Positions 60,004-64,000 of a DNA stretch of 64,000 nucleotides are shown here, piece after piece. The stretch is from Bdellovibrionales bacterium (GTDB lineage Bacteria > Bdellovibrionota > Bdellovibrionia > Bdellovibrionales > UBA1609). A program made the translations under genes and the position numbers. The notes under the pieces were generated by a model. The model saw nothing but the letters and a program-made list of their open reading frames with translations, searched no databases and had not been told where the DNA came from. The DNA lies in contig OZ241329.1 in assembly GCA_965199825.1 (NCBI GenBank), positions 576,001 through 640,000 of the forward strand, given 5' to 3'. Position 1 is the first letter of the stretch; each line of letters opens with the position of its first letter.

Positions 60004-60480
60004 AGACAAAAGAGTTCTAATCGTTTTTTTGACTTTATCATTGCTGATCGGTTTGGTGATGTAATCATCCGCACCCACCGCAAATCCGCGCTTGATATCA
60101 TCAGGCGAGTCACGACCCGAAATAAAAATGAGCGGAATATTTTTAAGGTCATGATGATCCTTCATCAAGGTTGCAAGCTCAAAGCCATTGACCCAAGGAA
60201 GCCCTATATCGAGAACAATCAAATCAGGTGCGGTATCAGATAACACTTCGCTCAGTTCTGAACCATCGCAAGCGAGAAGAATACGGTAACCCTCGCTCGT
60301 CAATAAGCGGTTGAGTGCTACTCGCATCGTCTCATCATCTTCAATAACCAAAATCAATGGTGGCTGTTTTTTTTGACGAAAGTCATTGAGCGACACTATC
60401 GGCTCGGCACTTTGACGTTGCCGTTTTATTTTTTCAATTTTCTCGACAAGTTGATGCGGATCAAATTTTTTATGCTTCAT
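59989..60480 (-). CDS. Response regulator with a short N-terminal extension
   Basis: [21 protein letters not shown]; start at ATG 60480 overlapping the trxB stop. Confidence 0.88.
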   Translation of the reverse strand: MKHKKFDPHQLVEKIEKIKRQRQSAEPIVSLNDFRQKKQPPLILVIEDDETMRVALNRLLTSEGYRILLACDGSELSEVLSDTAPDLIVLDIGLPWVNGFELATLMKDHHDLKNIPLIFISGRDSPDDIKRGFAVGADDYITKPISNDKVKKTIRTLLSLALD

Positions 60481-61408
60481 GATGTTGGGCTTCAAGCCAA
60501 CGTTCAGCATCAATGGCTGCAACACATCCGGTTCCAGCTGCAGAAATCGCCTGGCGATAACTTGGATCTTGCACATCGCCCGCAGCAAAAACTCCATCAA
60601 GCGATGTAAATGTGCTTTTTCCTTTTGTCATAATGTAGCCCACATCATTCATCTCAAGCTGACCTTTAAAAACATCGGTGTTGGGTTTGTGTCCAATTGC
60701 GATAAATACACCTTCCAGTTTCATGGTCGATTCTTCATTGCTCTTATGATTTTTAATCCGAATGCCATCCACACCTTTTTCGCCCAAAACCTCTTCGAGA
60801 GTAGTGTTCCACAGGACTTCAATTTTTGGATTTTTGAGCACGCGCTCAATCATAATTTTTGATGCCCGAAATTCTTCGCGGCGATGAAGAATATAAACCT
60901 TCGATGCAAAACGTGTGAGAAAGTTGGCTTCTTCGAGAGCAGTATCTCCCCCGCCCACAACCGCAACAACTTGATTTTTAAAAAAGGCTCCATCGCAAGT
61001 TGCGCAGGCCGAAACTCCGCGTCCCAAAAGACGGCGCTCGCTCTCGAGTCCCAAATATTTAGCCGAAGCACCTGTGGTGATAATCACACTTTGCGCCTGA
61101 AAGTTTTGATCTCCCACCCAAATCTGAAATGGTTTTTTTGAGAAATCGACCTTTGTTACATTTCGGGTCAAAAAACGGGTGCCAAATCTCAAAGCTTGAT
61201 CGCGAGTGAGTTGCATCAACTCAGGCCCCGTGATGCCGGTGGGCCAACCTGGAAAGTTCTCGACATCAGAGGTGGTCATCAACTGACCACCAGCTTCTTC
61301 GCCCTCAATCATTAGGGGTTCAAGATTCGCGCGAGCCGCATAAATTGCAGCAGTCAAACCAGCAGGACCAGAACCTAAGATCACAACATTTTCTATTTTA
61401 TTTTCCAT
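60470..61408 (-). CDS. trxB: Thioredoxin reductase
   Basis: [28 protein letters not shown]. Confidence 0.97.
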   Translation of the reverse strand: MENKIENVVILGSGPAGLTAAIYAARANLEPLMIEGEEAGGQLMTTSDVENFPGWPTGITGPELMQLTRDQALRFGTRFLTRNVTKVDFSKKPFQIWVGDQNFQAQSVIITTGASAKYLGLESERRLLGRGVSACATCDGAFFKNQVVAVVGGGDTALEEANFLTRFASKVYILHRREEFRASKIMIERVLKNPKIEVLWNTTLEEVLGEKGVDGIRIKNHKSNEESTMKLEGVFIAIGHKPNTDVFKGQLEMNDVGYIMTKGKSTFTSLDGVFAAGDVQDPSYRQAISAAGTGCVAAIDAERWLEAQHHEA

Positions 61409-61425
61409 TGTGAAACGAATGTATC

Positions 61426-62055
61426 TTAAGTGGGATAAGGAGCAAACCTGCGCTGCGAAAATGCGGGCTCTTTCGTAATGAATTCATAGAGCTCTTTTGC
61501 AACCTCTTTGGGATCCCAAATCTGTTGCTTTCGTGGGGCTGCATGTGGTGGCAGCAAATCGGTGTCCATATAGCCGGGTGAAAAAAGCTTGATGTCGAGT
61601 GGCGGTTTTTCCTGGGCCAATGTCAGAAAAAGACTCTTCAGAGCTGCCTTACTTGCAGCATAGCTCAATGCCCTTGGATCACCGCAATCTTCAGCGACCG
61701 ATGAGCCAATAAAGGTAAGACTCTGGGCTTTGTGGCGAATCAAAAAATGGGTCAAACGGGCCGCAAACAAAAAAGAGGTTTCGAATGCCCAGCGATGATC
61801 CTTCCACTCCGGCTTTTCGAAGTTGCCATAGGGCCCACCACCAGCAAAATAAACCGCGTGGAGTGATGAGAACTGTTTGAGCACTTCGAGCACTCGGTCC
61901 TGATCGTGAGGTTTAGAAAAATCAGCCTGATACCATTGTCCACGCAGCAAAGGTTTTTTACGCGAAAATAAAATCAACTGATCCTGCAGTAAGGATCCAA
62001 ATTGATAACCCAAACCTCGACTCGCCCCGAACAGCGCCCATGTTTTCAAACTCAA
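61426..62055 (-). CDS. SDR-family oxidoreductase
   Basis: [18 protein letters not shown]. Confidence 0.88.
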   Translation of the reverse strand: MSLKTWALFGASRGLGYQFGSLLQDQLILFSRKKPLLRGQWYQADFSKPHDQDRVLEVLKQFSSLHAVYFAGGGPYGNFEKPEWKDHRWAFETSFLFAARLTHFLIRHKAQSLTFIGSSVAEDCGDPRALSYAASKAALKSLFLTLAQEKPPLDIKLFSPGYMDTDLLPPHAAPRKQQIWDPKEVAKELYEFITKEPAFSQRRFAPYPT

Positions 62056-62099
62056 TACTCCTTTGCTTGAAGCATTTGTTTAGCGGTAAATATTTAAGA

Positions 62100-62387
62100 A
62101 TGCCAAAAATCTCTTTTATAAAAAACCGTGCTGGGTTCGATGTGCAAGCTGGTGAAAACCTAATGAAGGCCCTTCTGGCCCACGGTATTCCTGTGGCAAG
62201 TTCATGTAATGGCGATGGGGTTTGTGGAAAATGCCGCTTGCAAATTGTTAAAGGTTCAAAAAATCTTTCAGACCGCAATGCAACCGAAAACTTTTTGACT
62301 GAAAAAAATAATGCAGAAGATGATATTCGATTTTCTTGTCAAGCCTTCGTACACGGCGACATCACCATCGACGCCACCTACTGGTAA
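62100..62387 (+). CDS. 2Fe-2S ferredoxin
   Basis: CNGDGVCGKC ... RFSCQ. Confidence 0.92.
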   Translation: MPKISFIKNRAGFDVQAGENLMKALLAHGIPVASSCNGDGVCGKCRLQIVKGSKNLSDRNATENFLTEKNNAEDDIRFSCQAFVHGDITIDATYW

Positions 62388-62517
62388 CATTGGTTCCCCG
62401 GTTGAGCGGGGTTTGCTAATGGTCGACTCAAGCTTTTACCGACCACACAGTTTGCACATTAAGGATGGTTTTGCCGCAGAGCCATCGAAAAGAAATGTCT
62501 GATTGTGAATTTCGGCT

Positions 62518-63324
62518 TTAATGCCGATGATGGGCACGATGATGACCTGAGCACAAAATCGTCAGGTTCTCGATTTCATCTTTTCCACCTTTTGATCTGG
62601 GCTGTTGATGGTGGATATCAAGATGTCTTTGCTGCGTGCATCTTTCTCCTTTTTCATCGATGTGGGTACATTGACTGTTGTGCTGTTGATGGAGCTTGCG
62701 TTTGATTGTGAGTTTCGAAGAGCTTTTGGGCGGGCACGATTTTTTGAGCGGATCCATTTTCTCAAGTAATAGCTGAGTTGCGTGATCGTGGACATCTTGG
62801 ATGGTTGCGGCACGTTTTAGTTTTTGACTTAAAAGATCTTGGGCTCTTTGAATCTCTTTAAATTTATCTTCGCTCACCGCATAAGTGATTTGGATCAGAG
62901 TTGTTTCACCTACGTGTTTGTATCGTGCCCGCTCAGGGATTGCTTTTTCGGGATGCGCCTTTGCAATTTGTTTTTCTAAATTTCTTTTTGTGCCTTTGGC
63001 ATGTTCGCACCATTCGAGCACATTTTCTGGAGTGATGATACTTGCGATACGGTTAATTTTAGAAACCGAAAGTTCACCCGTTTCCATTTGGGTTTTAAGT
63101 TCAGGAACTTCAGTAAATTTCTTGGCGAGTTTATTAAAGATGCTTGCAAGCTCTTCTGACATTTTGAGTTGCTTTGTTGAGTATTCAAAAAGCGAATGAC
63201 AGCCAAATTCGTAATAACTTTTGTTGCGCCACACTTGCTCTAAAGCATTCAGCAATTCCATTTCGGTTTTGCGATGGTTCTTTGCTGCGATCACTGCGGT
63301 CTCGTGAATTTTTTGGTGGCTCAT
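62518..63324 (-). CDS. HNH endonuclease with a DUF222-like helical N-terminus
   Basis: C-terminal QCTH...RC...LDIHHQQPRSKGG...ENLTILCSGHH zinc-HNH; RBS AGGAG. Confidence 0.88.
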   Translation of the reverse strand: MSHQKIHETAVIAAKNHRKTEMELLNALEQVWRNKSYYEFGCHSLFEYSTKQLKMSEELASIFNKLAKKFTEVPELKTQMETGELSVSKINRIASIITPENVLEWCEHAKGTKRNLEKQIAKAHPEKAIPERARYKHVGETTLIQITYAVSEDKFKEIQRAQDLLSQKLKRAATIQDVHDHATQLLLEKMDPLKKSCPPKSSSKLTIKRKLHQQHNSQCTHIDEKGERCTQQRHLDIHHQQPRSKGGKDEIENLTILCSGHHRAHHRH

Positions 63325-63534
63325 TAAATATCTCCTATTTACTGAGTTAAATATAACATGAGTTTTTTTAAGAGCATTTTTGATGGGGCTCGTCTGGTTG
63401 TGGAGATCAAGTTTTTGCCGAAGTGTTTGGCTTAAGGTGCGTTTGTGAAGTGCATGTGCTTCAAAAAAGAATCGGATGTTTTCAAAAACAAGACCTTGGG
63501 CATTTTAAGCCACCTAAATTTGCGTCAATATTTT

Positions 63535-63610
63535 TTTTGGGCGGGCACGATAATTTGTTTACCTCAGCCGCGGCGGGCACGACAACTTACGAATCGGCGG
63601 GCACGACAAA
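63535..63610 (+). repeat. Cluster of three GGCGGGCACGA repeats
   Basis: Cores at 63543, 63575 and 63599, each preceded by GGC. Confidence 0.85.
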
Positions 63611-63656
63611 TTTTAAAGTCGAAGGCGAGGCGCCGATTATAGTGACGGGTCTTGAT

Positions 63657-63672
63657 TGGCAAAGTCCTTGCG
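63657..63672 (+). promoter_or_regulatory. sigma54 promoter
   Basis: TGGCAAAGTCCTTGCG (GG-N10-GC). Confidence 0.6.
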
Positions 63673-63697
63673 TAGTGGTTCCACTATGGAGGTCAAA

Positions 63698-64000
63698 ATG
63701 ACTTATAAACGAATTTACTTATACTCTCTCTTAACCCTAGGACTCGTGTCCTGTTCCAAAGACAACTCACAGCCCGCTCCTTTTGATTTGGGTCGTCCTC
63801 GAGTCGACGGCGTTTTTCTCAGCGAGGTTAATCAAAGCGATAAGGATGTTAAAATAAATGCACCGATCGTATTTGAAAAAGAGCCTCCAGCGGATACGGT
63901 TGAGATCGAAACACAAAGCTCATGCTTAGGTTCTTCCGGCCAAAAGATTATGGCAAGTCGAAGACAACCATTTTCTCACTTGAGTTTGTATCAGTTGTTA
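63698..64000 (+). CDS. Putative lipoprotein, runs off the window
   Basis: Not in the ORF track; GGAGG RBS then MTYKRIYLYSLLTLGLVSCSKDNSQ (lipobox LVSC), open to the end. Confidence 0.75.
   Translation, partial: MTYKRIYLYSLLTLGLVSCSKDNSQPAPFDLGRPRVDGVFLSEVNQSDKDVKINAPIVFEKEPPADTVEIETQSSCLGSSGQKIMASRRQPFSHLSLYQLL

Noticed and set aside
62518..63324. IscB/Cas9-like or group II intron assignment for the HNH protein
   Set aside because: No RuvC motifs, PLMP N-terminus or RT domain are visible
1..64000. tRNA, rRNA, riboswitch, integrase or prophage genes
   Set aside because: None was recognised by eye; a covariance-model search would be needed to exclude small RNAs

Overview
Chromosomal segment, most likely from a predatory Bdellovibrionota bacterium. 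This is inferred from two short flagellins, the maf-yggS-proC-divIVA-yggU block next to a tadC-DUF192-FHA cluster, and many sigma54/sigma28-like promoters on exported proteins. Most of the window is housekeeping: purD, thyA, folA, lipA-E2-lpdA-lipB, an AceE-type E1, asd, pssA, truA-rplM-rpsI, trxB, exbBD and dsbA. The accessory parts are more interesting. (i) Two paralogous DUF222-like/HNH genes lie at the window ends. They share a colinear ~190-bp upstream region and clusters of a GGGCACGA repeat, which also occurs inside the genes and as a solo cluster near lipB. (ii) Two Y1/RAYT-like HUH transposases are present. One is intact and sits next to a ~143-bp degenerate tandem array and a secreted J-domain gene. 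The other has a Tyr-to-Phe change and splits thyA from folA. (iii) A kinase-less phosphorelay cluster includes an HPF/RaiA-receiver fusion. (iv) Many promoters appear leaderless. No rRNA, tRNA or CRISPR array was seen. All assignments come from motif recognition by eye; no searches were run.
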